From positions 375,844,001 to 375,908,000 of the forward strand of contig OZ024740.1 of NCBI GenBank assembly GCA_964016885.1: DNA of 64,000 bases, in the 5' to 3' direction. The position numbers and the translations under genes are program-made. This DNA is from Eledone cirrhosa. Taxonomy: Eukaryota. The notes beneath the pieces are model-generated. The model was not told where the DNA came from. It made no database searches and saw only the letters and a program-made list of their open reading frames with translations. Shown here piece by piece: positions 12,599-29,377 of the stretch (position 1 is the stretch's first letter; every line of letters begins with the position of its first letter).

Positions 12599-13744
12599 AT
12601 GCCGTAGAACACGCTAATGGTGGATTTATTGAATGAAATCGATGGAGCCGGCCCTTCTCATCTTTCCACGTAGGCGGCATACAGATTAGCACCATCAATC
12701 TCACTAAACAACACAATACCCCCCTTGACCGTTTGACTCACGCGCGCACAATCACATTTTAACCGAAGCCAATCACTATCAGTCATGATTGACCTCTCAT
12801 AACTTGATTGGTTATTCGATTTATATGCATCACCCTCCCCTGAATAACACCTATATAAAGAGCAAACTTGACACTGTTCGAACAATCATTATTACTGCCG
12901 ATATGTCACCCAAAAAGTCCCGGCCTGGTCGCAATATCCGATTTCCCAAAAGGAAAAATATTACTAGAGCTGCAGAGTCTGAAGATGATCATGAACGTCG
13001 CCTCCGGCAGATGAGCACTCATGCAACGGCAATTCGATCAACCCAGTCTCAAGAGCAGTGCCAGCTTCGCCTTCAGCAACCGAGGACTCATGCGAGAGCC
13101 ATTCTATCAGCCCAGTCTCAAGAGCAGCGAGTCACCACAATAGCTTTCCCCCTTAGCTCCGCAGTCGGAAGATAGTGCAGGATCGTACGTACCTCTTATT
13201 GAAAACCACACACTTGCAACTAGCATTTCCTCCAGACTTACATAGAAAGAAGAGATGGGCATGTCTACTGGAAGGGGAAATATAGGTAAGTGAGGGTCAT
13301 GCTGGTAACAACGGGGAGCATGAAGACAATCAAGCAGCGTGTTGACGCATTCAGCCGAAATCACCACAATATTCCTTGCTACGGTAAACTAACCGGCCCA
13401 GCCGGATAGCGCCTCGCAGTAGGCCTACATCAGATCTTTTAGAAAGCCCTCACAACCAGTGCGCGATAGAAGGATTGTGGCAAAACTAATGGTCCAACAC
13501 CCCAGTTGTAACTTTTACCAGGGAATCGAGTGATTATGGTCTTTGAACATTCCAGTGGTAGTGGTGGTATTTTTCACGCGTCAGGAATGAGTCACCACAA
13601 TAGCACCCCTCCTCGATATGTACAGGACACGACAATGTGACTTGAGAGGACCTGCGGCATCTTTGCACTGGAGTAGAGAGAGGCTTCCTGAAAAGATAAA
13701 ATGCTGGTATACCAAGCTGGCCGCCTGCCGGACGCGCCAGCTAG
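11756..13744 (+). mobile_element. Non-autonomous or decayed Helitron composite
   Basis: 5' TCTATATTAATAAAG (repeated at about 12080); 3' GC-rich hairpin + CTAG (13741-13744); sits between A and T; internal 3'-end-like motif at about 12490-12511; 12903-13140 encodes STPR-like ESEDDHERRL / QSQEQ repeats of RepHel N-termini. Confidence 0.65.
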
Positions 13745-14462
13745 TAAAATATATTTCTGACTTTCATCTACCATATTCCGACTTAGAGGAATATATACAG
13801 AATAGGGCATTTACACATAAAGCATGCTTTTATTTCACACATTACAAATATCAAATTAAAAGAACAAATATTTTATATTCAGTACTTTCATATATTTTAC
13901 GTTTTAATTTAAATCATGAGGACGTTACTACAGCTTTATTCATTAAATCGGCCCTTCAGATCTAGTTTATGTACATTTATAACCATATTTATCATTTTTG
14001 AGTGAGTGTGCTTTTGTTTGCAATTCATTAGGATTTTCTATGTAAAGCCTAATGAATCCAGAATTAAGGATATATATATATGTCACATATATCCTTATGC
14101 CTATATAAAACGTTTTCCTAATCAGATCATTGTTGCAGTTTGCTGGATTATTGAAATACTAAATATAAAACAAAAATATAGGGTTAAAATATAACAATGA
14201 CTATATTAATAGTAGTGAAAATTGTTGATAACAAAGGAATATTTTGCTAAGGGATTAAAAATACATGTTTCATAATTACTTACTGCATGCTTAAATAACT
14301 TAGGATTAGGTTTAATTAATTGCTTCAATTAAAATGATACGAACCACGTTTTATTTTTCTTCATAATATATGGTCTTCTGAAGATGGCAGTATGATGAAA
14401 TTTGTGTTTCGATAGACACTCAAACACACCCATACTCACACCCATCATTACGCATATGTGTA

Positions 14463-14493
<31 letters not shown>

Positions 14494-14494
<1 letters not shown>

Positions 14495-14902
14495 GAGGGT
14501 AATCCCAAAAGTAAGGTCTCCAGACCGATGGGGACGCAGAGAAACTGTTGGTACGGCTGTTGGCAACCCTATTGTGATTGGTGCTTCCTTCACTCCCAAA
14601 CAAGCATGCGCGCGCTTCGCTGAGATGCTCAATCTTGGCTTGGCAGCCGTTGAGAATGGAGCTCCCGTTGAACGCTACCGCCAAGTGCGAATTTCGTGCA
14701 GTTTTTATATACGAGGGCAATCCCAAAAGTAAGGTCTCCTTCCGAGGAAAACATGCGTAAAGAACGGTGGATCACTCTGGATGCTCTCTCCATGTTTGTT
14801 ACTGAGGTTTCCCGAAGCACTATCCGCAGGATTTTAACGGAAAAGATGCATTATTGGAAGTTGCAATATCGGAAGGAGATCTTACTTTTGGGATTGCCCT
14901 CG
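14494..14902 (+). mobile_element. Nested mariner MITE relics
   Basis: TIR CGAGGG(T/C)AATCCCAAAAGTAAG at 14494 and 14712, inverted copy ending 14902, all TA-flanked; HTH-like remnants KCEFRAVF and VSRSTIRRILTEKM. Confidence 0.85.
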
Positions 14903-14960
14903 TATATATATATAATTTGTATGCATCTATGCAAAGCACGTCGTATATTAGGCCTAATAG

Positions 14961-15120
14961 GGCGGTGATTTGACAGTATCGATAGAGCGTCAGACACTAT
15001 GCCTTGCAGCATAGAATTATGGTCCTTTACGTCCTGAGTTCAAATCCCACCGAAGTCGATTAAATAAAGCACCAGTAATACACTAGGACATTTGCTTGAC
15101 TTGTGCCTAAAAGTAGAAAT
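14961..15120 (+). mobile_element. tRNA-derived SINE (Octopus-type)
   Basis: GGCGGTGA...GAGTTCAAATCCCACCGAAGTCGA (B box)...TTGTGCCTAAAAGTAGAAA. Confidence 0.7.
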
Positions 15121-17658
15121 ATTTGAAGATCTAATAAAAAATTCACCAATATAGTTCGAGTTTCTCAAATATGAATCACGCTGTGAAAATAAACAAATAT
15201 TGGTCCGCCTTGTGATGTATTGTGATGCGAGCACCGTAAACTACATGTCATTACATTTACGTGTTCCAAAGATAGTTGCCAATACTTCAAAAGACAAGTA
15301 CACGCGGATAGAATAGTTTACCAGTCACAATTACTGTCAATCAGATGATAAGTCTCAACAGAAATAGTGAGTCTAATTTTCATAACGTATATTCCTTTAG
15401 CAAAATGATTTGAAACACCAACTAATATATGCACATACGTGTGTGCCGGAGGTGTGGGTGCAAATATTTGTGACTATCAATATATATATATATATATATA
15501 CATTATATCAAAATGAAAACCATGTCATTCTGAGAACACCTTGTCTTCTAGAAATTATGAAATCTCCACCATACGTGTACAACTACATCTAAGCTCTTTA
15601 TCAATTTTAAAATATCGCATGTGATCTGATGCATAATAATAACCTTAAACATATTGATAATTATATTATATTTTATTTAGCTTGACCTTTTATTAGTTCG
15701 ACGTGTGAAAGTCTCGATATCTATTAAATTTAGGCCAAATTGTATGGACATCTATAAAAAGTATTATTTTAATTTGTTGTGTCAATGAGATAAGTTATTT
15801 TCTAAACCTTTCTTGGTTATGATAAGATATGTCTGGTCAAATGACTAAATATTAAGCATTTATTGAATAATAGAAACATTATCCAATCCAATTCAATCTA
15901 ATACAGGGCCTTCTCATTCCTATTGGAATAGCCCCTCCCTGGTTGAGCTCAACTGCTTTCTTTGGTTTTAGTCATGTCAGTGGGGTAGCAGTAATCCCAC
16001 GCTTGGCCAATTACGGGATTTTGAGGTTATTTAACCCTTAGTTGGGGAGGATGGCCGTTGGATATGAGGGTTTCATACGCCCTTTTAAGAGCTCATACTT
16101 TTTTACTGCTGGTGTTCTAATTACCCGTCCCACCAGACCAGAGTCCGTTGAAGCAGCCGCTTCGGTCGCCGACCCCTCGAACTTGAAGCTGGTTGTACTG
16201 TTACATGGTATTAGTAGGAGGCAGAAACCTGATCTGAGTACGTAAACAATATCAACCCACAAGATTGTATACATTAAATCTATAATGGAGACAACATGAA
16301 TGAATGAACCCCGTATCATGTTTTTACGATTTCATAATCTGTTGAACAAAGGGCATTAATGCTGTACAGTAAGTGACTATCAGCTCCATTCAATATTTCA
16401 CTCTGTAGATATGGTACATTCACACGCGTATATGGATCATTTACTGAACACGAGGAAACAAAGATAAAATATAATTCTTGAAATATTGACACTTTTTCAT
16501 AAATCTGGACACTTTTCCTTCTCTAGCCCTTTACATCGTTTCATTTTCTGATATCTTAAAATTAAAATAAAAACACTTTTTTTCGAGTTGGGACAAAATA
16601 AGTTAAGGTATGGGCGCATACTTGACATCTTTATTATATTCTATCTGGATAATGAAATTCGAATTATAACTGCTATCTTATCAACGCCCTTTACCATATC
16701 TCTTAAATCTGATCAATAATACAAATAATTATTTCTGCATATAATCATCCATCATAGTTGATTTTGATATATATATAATCCCATGAACAACTTAGGTAAG
16801 TTATCTTAGTAATGTACATGCTATCATATGCAATGTTTACGCCTCCTCCTGTAAAAAAATGTAAATCTTTTTGTATCGTTCTCTCATCCATATCCCGGTA
16901 AATACGAACTAGTCTATGTTTTCAAGAAGATGTCTTTCAAGACTGTGTAGCATCTGCAATTGCTTCTCCTATGTTGAGAAAAAATATGACATAAACCATT
17001 GTTTAACATTTTATTTCGAATTATTCATAATTAAATTCCTAATACTCACTGCAATCAAAATGCTGGCATTAATTTGTTTAGACGTATATTGTATCATCAC
17101 TTTAAATATGAAATACTATATATATAACAATAATAAAATCTCATGAGACACAGGTTTAATAAGGTTAGACCTGAAAAGAAAGATCAAATGAAAATATTCT
17201 CATATTGTTTTTCTCTTTCATTAATTTCTTTATTTTCGATTTTTACTAGATCTATATCTCATTTATGTGGAAATACAACTTTCAAGTTGCCCTCATAATT
17301 GCACCTATACATTAAGTAATACTTAAATAAACTGACACTAGTAGCTCGTTTTCTATCAGGATGCATGAGCTAAATTGTCAAACATTTTCTGTACAGTTTG
17401 TAGTTTTTTGGCGCTCATTTAATCACTAACATTTACGAATAAGAAGAACAGATTAAAATATATTGCCCTGGGAATAACATGTCATTATTTAGTATATTTC
17501 ATTCCCAGAATATCGGGTAATTGTTTCCAAAGGATATCTAAAATGAGTCACATAGCATTTTTTCATTCGCTTCTTTAAGAAGTGACCACTAGATAAATTA
17601 TATGAATACAACAAATGCATCTAGTATGTTGTAAATATGTAATGATTATTCTTATAGC

Positions 17659-17899
17659 CAGTGGAGGACTGGGTCTTAAATATTGGTTGCCATGAGAGAA
17701 AGGGGGCCCACCTGCATATAGAATGCTATCATATAATTTGTATAATGAATAGATAACATTTTCCAAAAATACACAAGTGGAAACAAAACAGTGCAAACAA
17801 ATTTTTGCGGAAAAATAACTTACATTCTCCAATAAAAAATATAAAGTATTTTGCGAAATCCAGAGACTTTCAATAATGACTTTTGGACTTACACCCACG

Positions 17900-17900
<1 letters not shown>
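17659..17900 (+). mobile_element. hAT-like element left end
   Basis: CAGTGGAGGAC start; homologous to 56203-56410 and 58802-59030. Confidence 0.55.
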
Positions 17901-17937
<37 letters not shown>

Positions 17938-18207
17938 TAAAACATGTCTATAGAATCACCAGATAAAATATATACCATTTCCTCTCCCAATTAGTATAAT
18001 TAACCATATAAAGAATCGAATAGACCAGGATATAAGAATAAGACTTCTATGAAGAAATCTCTAACAAATAACCGAAACTAGCCCTTCGCGTCGGCTGCGA
18101 CGGAATATTTATCGAATATTTTGACAGCGTAATCGCCCAGATATACAGTTAATTAAACAGAATTAGGTGTAAAATAAACTAGGAGAAAAGAGAATACATT
18201 TATTTAC

Positions 18208-18280
18208 CTCGACCATGGTTTCGTCCGCATTTTGAGATTTCCAATAACTTCGGAAACTCGAGCATCGGACTCTTCAGGAG
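18208..18280 (-). ncRNA. Canonical-core type I hammerhead ribozyme
   Basis: CTC-CTGAAGA-GTCCG...GAGTTTCC..GGAAATCTC...CGGAC-GAAA-CCATGG-TC^GAG; all core nucleotides present, G10.1-C11.1, palindromic stem III, GUC triplet. Confidence 0.88.
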
Positions 18281-18480
18281 TTTGCTCTAATCTAGACAAT
18301 AAATTTTCCAAAGTGATCGCGCCAAGAATACATTCAAAAATGGCTAAGAATCTTGACGTAGCAGCGGTCAGGTTGGAAGGAGTGTGCTAGTTGCTACGGC
18401 TGGTGGCTTTTTGCTAGAAAGCACAGCATAATACAGCCAAATTTGTATCTCAATCTAATGGGAGATTATTACATATAACG

Positions 18481-18539
<59 letters not shown>

Positions 18540-18888
18540 TACATATACGTGTTCTGCAACGGGTTACTTTGTGGCTCAATGAAAAGTTAATAAATTAAAT
18601 AATCAGAGCTATATATCATAAAACATGTCTATAGAATCAGCAGATAAAATATATACCATTTCCTCTTCCAATTAGCATAATTAACCATATAAAGAATCGA
18701 ATAGACCAGCATATAAGAATAAGACTTCTATGAAGAAATCTCTAACAAATAACCGAAACTAGCCCTTCGCGTCGGCTGCGACGGAATATTTATCGAATAT
18801 TTTGACAGCGTAATCGCCCAGATATACAGTCAATTAAACAGAATTAGGTGTAAAATAAACTAGGAGAAAAGAGAATACATTTATTTAC

Positions 18889-18961
18889 CTCGACCATGGT
18901 TTCGTCCGCATTTTGAGATTTCCAATAACTTCGGAAACTCGAGCATCGGACTCTTCAGGAA
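18889..18961 (-). ncRNA. Canonical-core hammerhead ribozyme, second tandem copy
   Basis: Identical to 18208-18280 except one C-G to U-G change in stem I. Confidence 0.88.
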
Positions 18962-19144
18962 TTTGCTCTAATCTAGACAATAAATTTTCCAAAGTGATCG
19001 CGCCAAGAATACATTCAAAAATGGCTAAGAATCGTGACGTAGCAGCGGTCAGGTTGGAAGGAGTGTGGTAGTTGCTTACGGCTCGTGGCTTTTTGCTAGA
19101 AAGCACAGCACAATACAGCCAAATATATATATATAAGGAATTAC

Positions 19145-19222
19145 CCCTTGAAAAGTTCGGCTATTAATTTACCAAGCTAAAATTCTAATTTAGTCCAGAA
19201 ATAGCAGTCGAAACGTGTTGAG
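19145..19222 (+). ncRNA. Degenerate HHR, U3-A8 core
   Basis: CCC-TTGAAAA-GTTCGGCTATT...AATAGCAGTC-GAAA-CGTG-TT^GAG. Confidence 0.5.
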
Positions 19223-19247
19223 CTCTGCCGTTGGGGTCATATATTTT

Positions 19248-19292
<45 letters not shown>

Positions 19293-19335
19293 CTATGCTC
19301 GAAGCTAAATCATAATTCCAGCCTATGTATATATA

Positions 19336-19700
19336 CTAGCCGAATTACCTGCACCTTGCTGCGTTTCACATATTTTTTTATAAGAAAATGATGAAGAAAT
19401 TAGTATCCTGATCACTTCTAAATCTAATAAGAAACTGTATAGTGTGTGCATATATAACGCACATGGTTCCCGAATTTAGCGTGTCTCGCACACTCACGCC
19501 ACTAAAAATACCAGCCGTGTTTACTGGACATTTGAATAAGCTCGACGAATTAACGGAGCCGAATATATCAAAGACATGTATTGAGTTAGAAACTCAAAAT
19601 AGTCTCATTACAGTAAATTAGCTCTAAGAAAGAGGTTTTTCCGAGCCGTATATTATAACTGAACAAAAAAGAATAACGAACACAGACATATACTTATATA
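19336..19700 (-). mobile_element. Helitron-like 3' end fragment
   Basis: Minus strand ends CGCAGCAAGGTGCAGGTAATTCGGCTAG|T; the 5' limit is uncertain. Confidence 0.45.
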
Positions 19701-19779
19701 TGTGTTCAACTCGTAATGGACCAGAATCGCTAAGGTGATAAAAATACATATATGTATATGTCTGTTCATCCACGAAACT

Positions 19780-20255
19780 CGGGAGCCACGTATGGTCCCT
19801 CAAGGACTCAAGTATAGACTACTCCATTTAATGGAAAGCCAACACTAAGTCCAAGCCATACGAAAGGGGCAATCCGTCGTGTGGACCATGTATTGATGAA
19901 CGAATAAATATGCTAAAGAGATTAAGCAATAGTGATTGCCTAAACACGAGAAATGAATTCTTTACACGTTGTCCACACGTCTCGTACCACCTCTTACATA
20001 ACTACAAAGCTCCGGATTGAATTACAACATCTTAATTTTCTTATCAACTAGAAACTTTCGGACTTTCGCAATTATCTCCCTTACACCTCTCGTACGCAAT
20101 TTAGTATTGATTGTGTGAAGCGATCGTTTCTGCGCATGCGCGTTCGTACGGTTGTCTTTCCTGTTCCGTATAACGATGTCCATTACGAGCTGAGGATCTG
20201 CTAAGGTGAAACAATTGTTCACGGTATGGTGTACTAACTGTTGTGTAACCACTTC
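19780..20255 (+). mobile_element. Hydra-like PLE 3' end with HHR (20180-20229)
   Basis: WKANTKSKPYERGNPSCGPCIDER...LNTRNEFFTRCPH (CxxC...LNxRxE..CxH endonuclease tail), then CTGAGGA-TCTGCTAAGGT-GAAA-CAATTG-TT^. Confidence 0.75.
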
Positions 20256-20294
<39 letters not shown>

Positions 20295-20377
20295 TTACAC
20301 ATACACACGAACTACTCACCAAGTAATTTTCGGTATCAATGTGTTAAAGACTAGTCAAATCAATTAGTGATGAAGGT

Positions 20378-20414
<37 letters not shown>

Positions 20415-20850
20415 CAACACAATCGATGCAGAATATGGAAGGAATATATTAGGTTAACGCTTGAAATTGAAGGAAGAGAGTCTTAACGTTTCGGACGCTA
20501 GTTCTTCATCAGAAGAAAGAATGAGAAATCAGATAAATTGAAGGGAACGGCGTGGTGGAATTGGAAAAAAAAGTATTTAAATAAAAATAACAGGTCCATT
20601 CATGTTGACATGAACTGGGGATGGAGTGATAAATAGACGGGTGAGAAGAAGAAGGTGGTGGAAGGAGAGTATATTAGAGGAAACGTGATAGAGAATCGTG
20701 GTATAATTAAATGCAAGAAGCAAATAAAATTTCAGTGATACGAAAGATTTCCTGGGGTTTTTTCAGGTACACTCCGAGTAGATATTCAATTTCGGGGTGA
20801 CAATCCAATTTGAAAATCCAACGAATTTGAAAAGTCCACGTAAGCGTTGA
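20415..20850 (-). mobile_element. Neptune-like PLE 3' end with minimal HHR (20481-20516)
   Basis: QIRWIFKL GIY-YIG terminus; TCTT-CTGATGA-AGAACTAGCGTCC-GAAA-CG-TT^AAGA. Confidence 0.7.
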
Positions 20851-20884
20851 TATATATATATATATATATATAAATATATATATA

Positions 20885-20988
20885 CATATAGAGAGATAGA
20901 TAGAGAGAAGAAATTCATGTAAAGAAACAGAGAGAGATATATAGAGAGAGGAAAAAAACACAGAGGGAGATAGATAGAGAGAGAGAAG

Positions 20989-21025
<37 letters not shown>

Positions 21026-23058
21026 TATAGAGAGATAGATATAGATAGAGAAAGAGAGAAAGAAACTAGGTAGTTGGGCACCAGTTGAATGACGTATCAA
21101 TGATATATTTATTTATTTATTTATTTATTTAGCTCTAGTATTAATGTAGAGAGAGATATATGTGGTTAAGAGAGAAAACAGCCGTTACATAGAGAGAAAA
21201 GAAAAATATCCAGACAAAAACGAGGCAGATTTAAAACACTATGTTTCATCAAAGTAAAAAATATCAATTCGTATAAAACAGGCATTATAATGTAAATATC
21301 AGTATTCATGAATGAGACACGTATCAATAATGTGTGAAAAATAATGATCTTATGTCTAGTTTAAAATTCCTAGGTTTATATTAGTGTTGAGATAAAATAG
21401 AAGGTTATCCCAGATTTTATACTATATACATCCATGTGAATTTACGTGATCAGCTCTGCAAATTCCTACTCATCCACCAAAAATTTAGCACAAAATATTA
21501 ATAGAATAAATAATAGGAATTTAAAACCTAGCCAAAATACCGATAATAGCATAAATAATATCCAAGTTAACAAATGTAACTGTAGAGATAGATCTAAATG
21601 TCCGTTAAATAACAATTGCTTAGTTAAAAATATAATATACAACTGTAATGTTAAAACGGACTTAAATTCTTTTAACTATGTTGGTTCCACCACGACAGAA
21701 TTTAAACTTCGCTATAATAACCACAAGAATTCTTTCACAGATCCAAGCAAAAAATCCTCAACATCACTATCAGGCCTACTTTGGCAACTTAGGCATGATA
21801 ACGTTGGATATTCAACGGCTTGGAATATAGTCTCAAGAGGGATTCCTTTTAATTCATCCTCTGAGACATGTGACCTCTGCGTGGAGGAGATATTCTTTAT
21901 ACTAAAATCTAAAAATTCCCTTAATTTACGGACAAATTTATTCAGTTGCTGCAGACATAGATTGAACTCAACTTTTAAATATAAATATAAATTTAAAATG
22001 TAGTATATTTAATTTGATTTATAATTATTTATGAAACTCGCCGATAAATCTTTCGATTCCTTTTTATTTTAAACATTCTTCATGAATAATTAACCTACCC
22101 TAAAAGCTGATGCTCCAAATATATCGAATAAATTTTACACTAGATAAACTTCTATATTAAATATAAGACCATCTGTAGATCAAATGGGTATCCTACACTT
22201 TTGGAATGTTTTCTGCTAGACAGGATTTGGTAAATAATTTTTGGTTTTGTTTGCTTTTGATTCTGATGCTTATAACGAACTTGACAATATATTGTCAATT
22301 AACTTTGAAGGGTTGATCTCTGTGATTGATTTGCGGGGCATACTATGTTTTATTTTTATTTTAATATTTTTAATATTTTTAATATTTTTATTTTTAATGT
22401 TTTTTGTTTTTTGTTTTTTATTTACTTTTCGTTTCTGATATTTTTATTGATATATTGATATCTGTTTTCTATTTATGCTTGAACGATAATCATGTAGAGT
22501 AAAGACATGAATAGTATTGTTAAAATTAATGTAGACTCTATATATATTTGTGTGTATGTACACATATATATATACTTAAATTTTTATAGCACAATGGGAA
22601 TGTTTTCGTGTGAAATAGGAATTTGCAGAGCTGATCACGTAAATTCACATGGATGTATATAGTATAAAATCTGGGATAACCTTCTATTTTATCTCAACAC
22701 TAATATAAACCTAGGAATTTTAAACTAGACATAAGATCATTATTTTTCACACATTATTGATACGTGTCTCATTCATGAATACTGATATTTACATTATAAT
22801 GCCTGTTTTATACGAATTGATATTTTTTACTTTGATGAAACATAGTGTTTTAAATCTGCCTCGTTTTTGTCTGGATATTTTTCTTTTCTCTCTATGTAAC
22901 GGCTGTTTTCTCTCTTAACCACATATATCTCTCTCTACATTAATACTAGAGCTAAATAAATAAATAAATAAATAAATATATCATTGATACGTCATTCAAC
23001 TGGTGCCCAACTACCTAGTTTCTTTCTCTCTTTCTCTATCTATATCTATCTCTCTATA

Positions 23059-23099
<41 letters not shown>

Positions 23100-23565
23100 C
23101 TTCTCTCTCTCTATCTATCTCCCTCTGTGTTTTTTTCCTCTCTCTATATATCTCTCTCTGTTTCTTTACATGAATTTCTTCTCTCTATCTATCTCTGTAT
23201 ATCTATCTCTCTCTATTTAGTTGCATGCATTTCTTCCTTTTCTTCGTTTTTATTTCTTTCTTTTTGTAACTGTCCCTAATATTTTTTCACTACCAAATCA
23301 ACTTTTCAAATAGAAGTCGAAGTTGAAAGGTATGTCGAATCTATCTATTTATAAGACTGTTTATATTGTATTTTGTCTGAAGAAGGCATAACATATTTTT
23401 AATATGATATCCCTGAAATATATATAATGAAATAAATATGGTTTTATAAATATAGTTTCCATTTATTTAATATCGTAAATATACTCCAAATACTTGTTGA
23501 GTGCTTTTATATCAGTTATAAATATTTACTCGTTGTTAACCCAACAATTTAAATAAAACTTTGCA
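20885..23565 (+). mobile_element. 5'-truncated Hydra-like PLE with inverted 3'UTR copy
   Basis: ORF remnant about 21462-22003 (KCNCRDRSKCPL, IIY..YVGSTT..FKLRYNNH, CDLC.EE, CRH); inverted arms about 20885-21468 / 22616-23199; HHR-like motif at 23377. Confidence 0.85.
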
Positions 23566-24254
23566 TATATACATATATATATATATACATGTACACGAAA
23601 CATATATACACGCACTCCCATATATGCTATTTTCAAAAAATACACAGTGACTGATCGGCCTGATTTGCATATTAGCAGACTGGCTGACCAGCCAGATCTG
23701 CATATCCACCGATCAGCTAGATTTGCATATCAGCAGACTGGCCAGTCAGTTTCCTGTATAAGAGAGATAAATGGCCGGCTTTGCCAAATTCAGATATAAA
23801 AGAAAAAGAAAATTTCGCTGTACATGGCTGAATACCTTCTACTGACACGGCTATAAAATTGGGGCTTGTTTGCATAATTGCAAACGAATCGAATGTTATT
23901 ATTAATTTTCGGAACACTCAGATTACATTTATTATATATAGCCATGTAGAGCTAAATGTTCTCTTTTATTATATATATATATACATATATGTATATATAT
24001 ATATATATATATGCTTGTGAGTGAGTGTGTCTATATGTATGTTTCCATGCATGAATGAATACAGTAAACTTTAAATTTAGCAGAATGTACGACCACTGAT
24101 TCCAGCTGTTTGCACTATCATATATGTTGTTTTCTATTAATTCTCTGGGGAATAGGTTGACCAAATGCTTTCATTAAATGTTTTATTTATTTACTTATTT
24201 TTTTAACTTTTATTCTTTCTCTCAGACTTCAGATATTTTTGGAAAACAAAGCAT

Positions 24255-24354
24255 TGGCCACTAAAATACTGCAGCGGGCCCCTGCGATGCTACTGTGGGC
24301 CCCTGCAATTCTACCGTGGCGCCGCCTGGGGCCACCTTGTCATTGAGCACACTG
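24255..24354. mobile_element. hAT-like right terminus
   Basis: GGGCCCCTGC subterminal repeats ending in TTGAGCACACTG. Confidence 0.4.
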
Positions 24355-24846
24355 GTAATCTGGCTAGGCCACCACTGTTAATAGCATCTTCACAGTGTGA
24401 GATCCGTATGTGCGTTGAGAAAAGTAATCGTTGTAAGATACTCACAAGGAAATATTGCTTCTTCGTTAAAATAATCAGGACCTTCAATGAGAATATAATG
24501 AGCAGCTTGAGAGACAGCTACAAATGCACGACCCGTTAGAATTTACTACCATTTAAAGATACTGTATGGGCTCATATTTTCTGTTATAAAATACAGCTGA
24601 TTGACCTTCTATAATTGCAACCCAAAATGTAACGATCTATATATTAATATTGCAATAAATGCCAATGCATTTATTAAAAGCTATTACAAAAATAAAAACA
24701 CGTTATATGTCACTTAAGAAAACCACAAAAAGATATATATATCATAAATCATGTGCATCATCTTTGACCAGCCGTTTCAGTCAATGACTTAATTAAAGAT
24801 TTGTAGATGAATAAATGTACACACACACACATACACACACGCACTC

Positions 24847-24980
<134 letters not shown>

Positions 24981-24991
24981 AGAGAGAGAGG

Positions 24992-28285
<3,294 letters not shown>

Positions 28286-28668
28286 TATATATATATATAT
28301 TAGAAAGTAAGGTTGCTAGTTATTTGCTTTACCGTGTCGGTTGTCACAAACACTCATGACCGGAGCGGGACGGTTTTGGATTTTGTCGACGATTGGTTAT
28401 TGATTTGGCTATACCCGCTGATGAAGCAGCATAAGCCTATATTGCATTGTTGCATAATATATGCAGACAGATGGTGCAGTGCACCTTACTGCTGCATTAG
28501 TGCTGCAGAAACTCGAGTCCGGAAACCTTATAGGCAACCGATATACGTGTGTTGTGTTGAGGCAAATAACTATGTGTATACTCTTGTAATGTATCTTACA
28601 TTGCCCATTGAGTGCACTGATATACAATCGGCACTGGCATTGATAAAAATGCTGGCTCCGTGAACCCT

Positions 28669-28710
<42 letters not shown>

Positions 28711-28716
<6 letters not shown>

Positions 28717-29152
28717 ATACTTTGGGAGGGTCATGCTGCCAGTAAGAAACACACGCACCTGTCACTTTCACTTCAATTTATTATATATAAATAAATAAAT
28801 AAACAAATATAAACACACACAAACACCCGGATGTAACAAATGCGCAAACTAAACACACAACACACACAAAAACAAGATGGCGTAGGACAGAACAAAGGAG
28901 AGGCCCAAAAACAAAGAAAAGAATCCCTAGTCACTGAAGAGGTCACAGAATGTGTGACGAAATAACTGTGACAATATATGAAAAATCGTCTGATTGTGGA
29001 ACCAACCAACCAACCGGAAATTTATAAATTCCTAAATTTAATTTATAATAAATTGAAGTGAAAGCAACTGGTGCGTTAGTTTCTTATTAGTAGCATGACC
29101 CTCCCAAAGCATAACAATATCGGTTTCAACACACGTTTTCAGATAAATAATC

Positions 29153-29158
<6 letters not shown>
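28711..29158 (+). mobile_element. PLE 3' end with short inverted arm and HHR relic (28930-28972)
   Basis: Arms about 28711-28750 / 29078-29118; GTCA-CTGAAGA-GGTCACA..TGTGAC-GAAA-TAAC-TG-TGAC (position 17 is G, probably inactive); terminus related to the 52165 family. Confidence 0.7.
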
Positions 29159-29202
<44 letters not shown>

Positions 29203-29314
29203 CTCCATCTTAACATACTCCCACACACACACACACATAACACCCAGATATACACACACGCAACTCCCTCCCCCATTTCTACTAATAGAATCATCTTCCA
29301 ATACACATAAACAC

Positions 29315-29372
<58 letters not shown>

Positions 29373-29377
<5 letters not shown>

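Larger units (their letters stand above)
17936..19124 (-). repeat. Direct tandem duplication of an HHR-bearing pseudo-LTR (period 681 bp)
   Basis: 17936-18442 is nearly identical to 18617-19124; the second copy has an extra tail 18549-18616; (TA)n lies between and around. Confidence 0.9.

Noticed and set aside
15900-16250. GC-richer island with ORFs 16038-16319 and 16042-16245
   Set aside because: No recognisable domain; may be a retroelement UTR, so left unannotated.
23650-23750. Clustered octamer motifs (ATTTGCAT) as an enhancer
   Set aside because: They lie in short tandem subrepeats that probably belong to a transposon, and no linked gene is visible.
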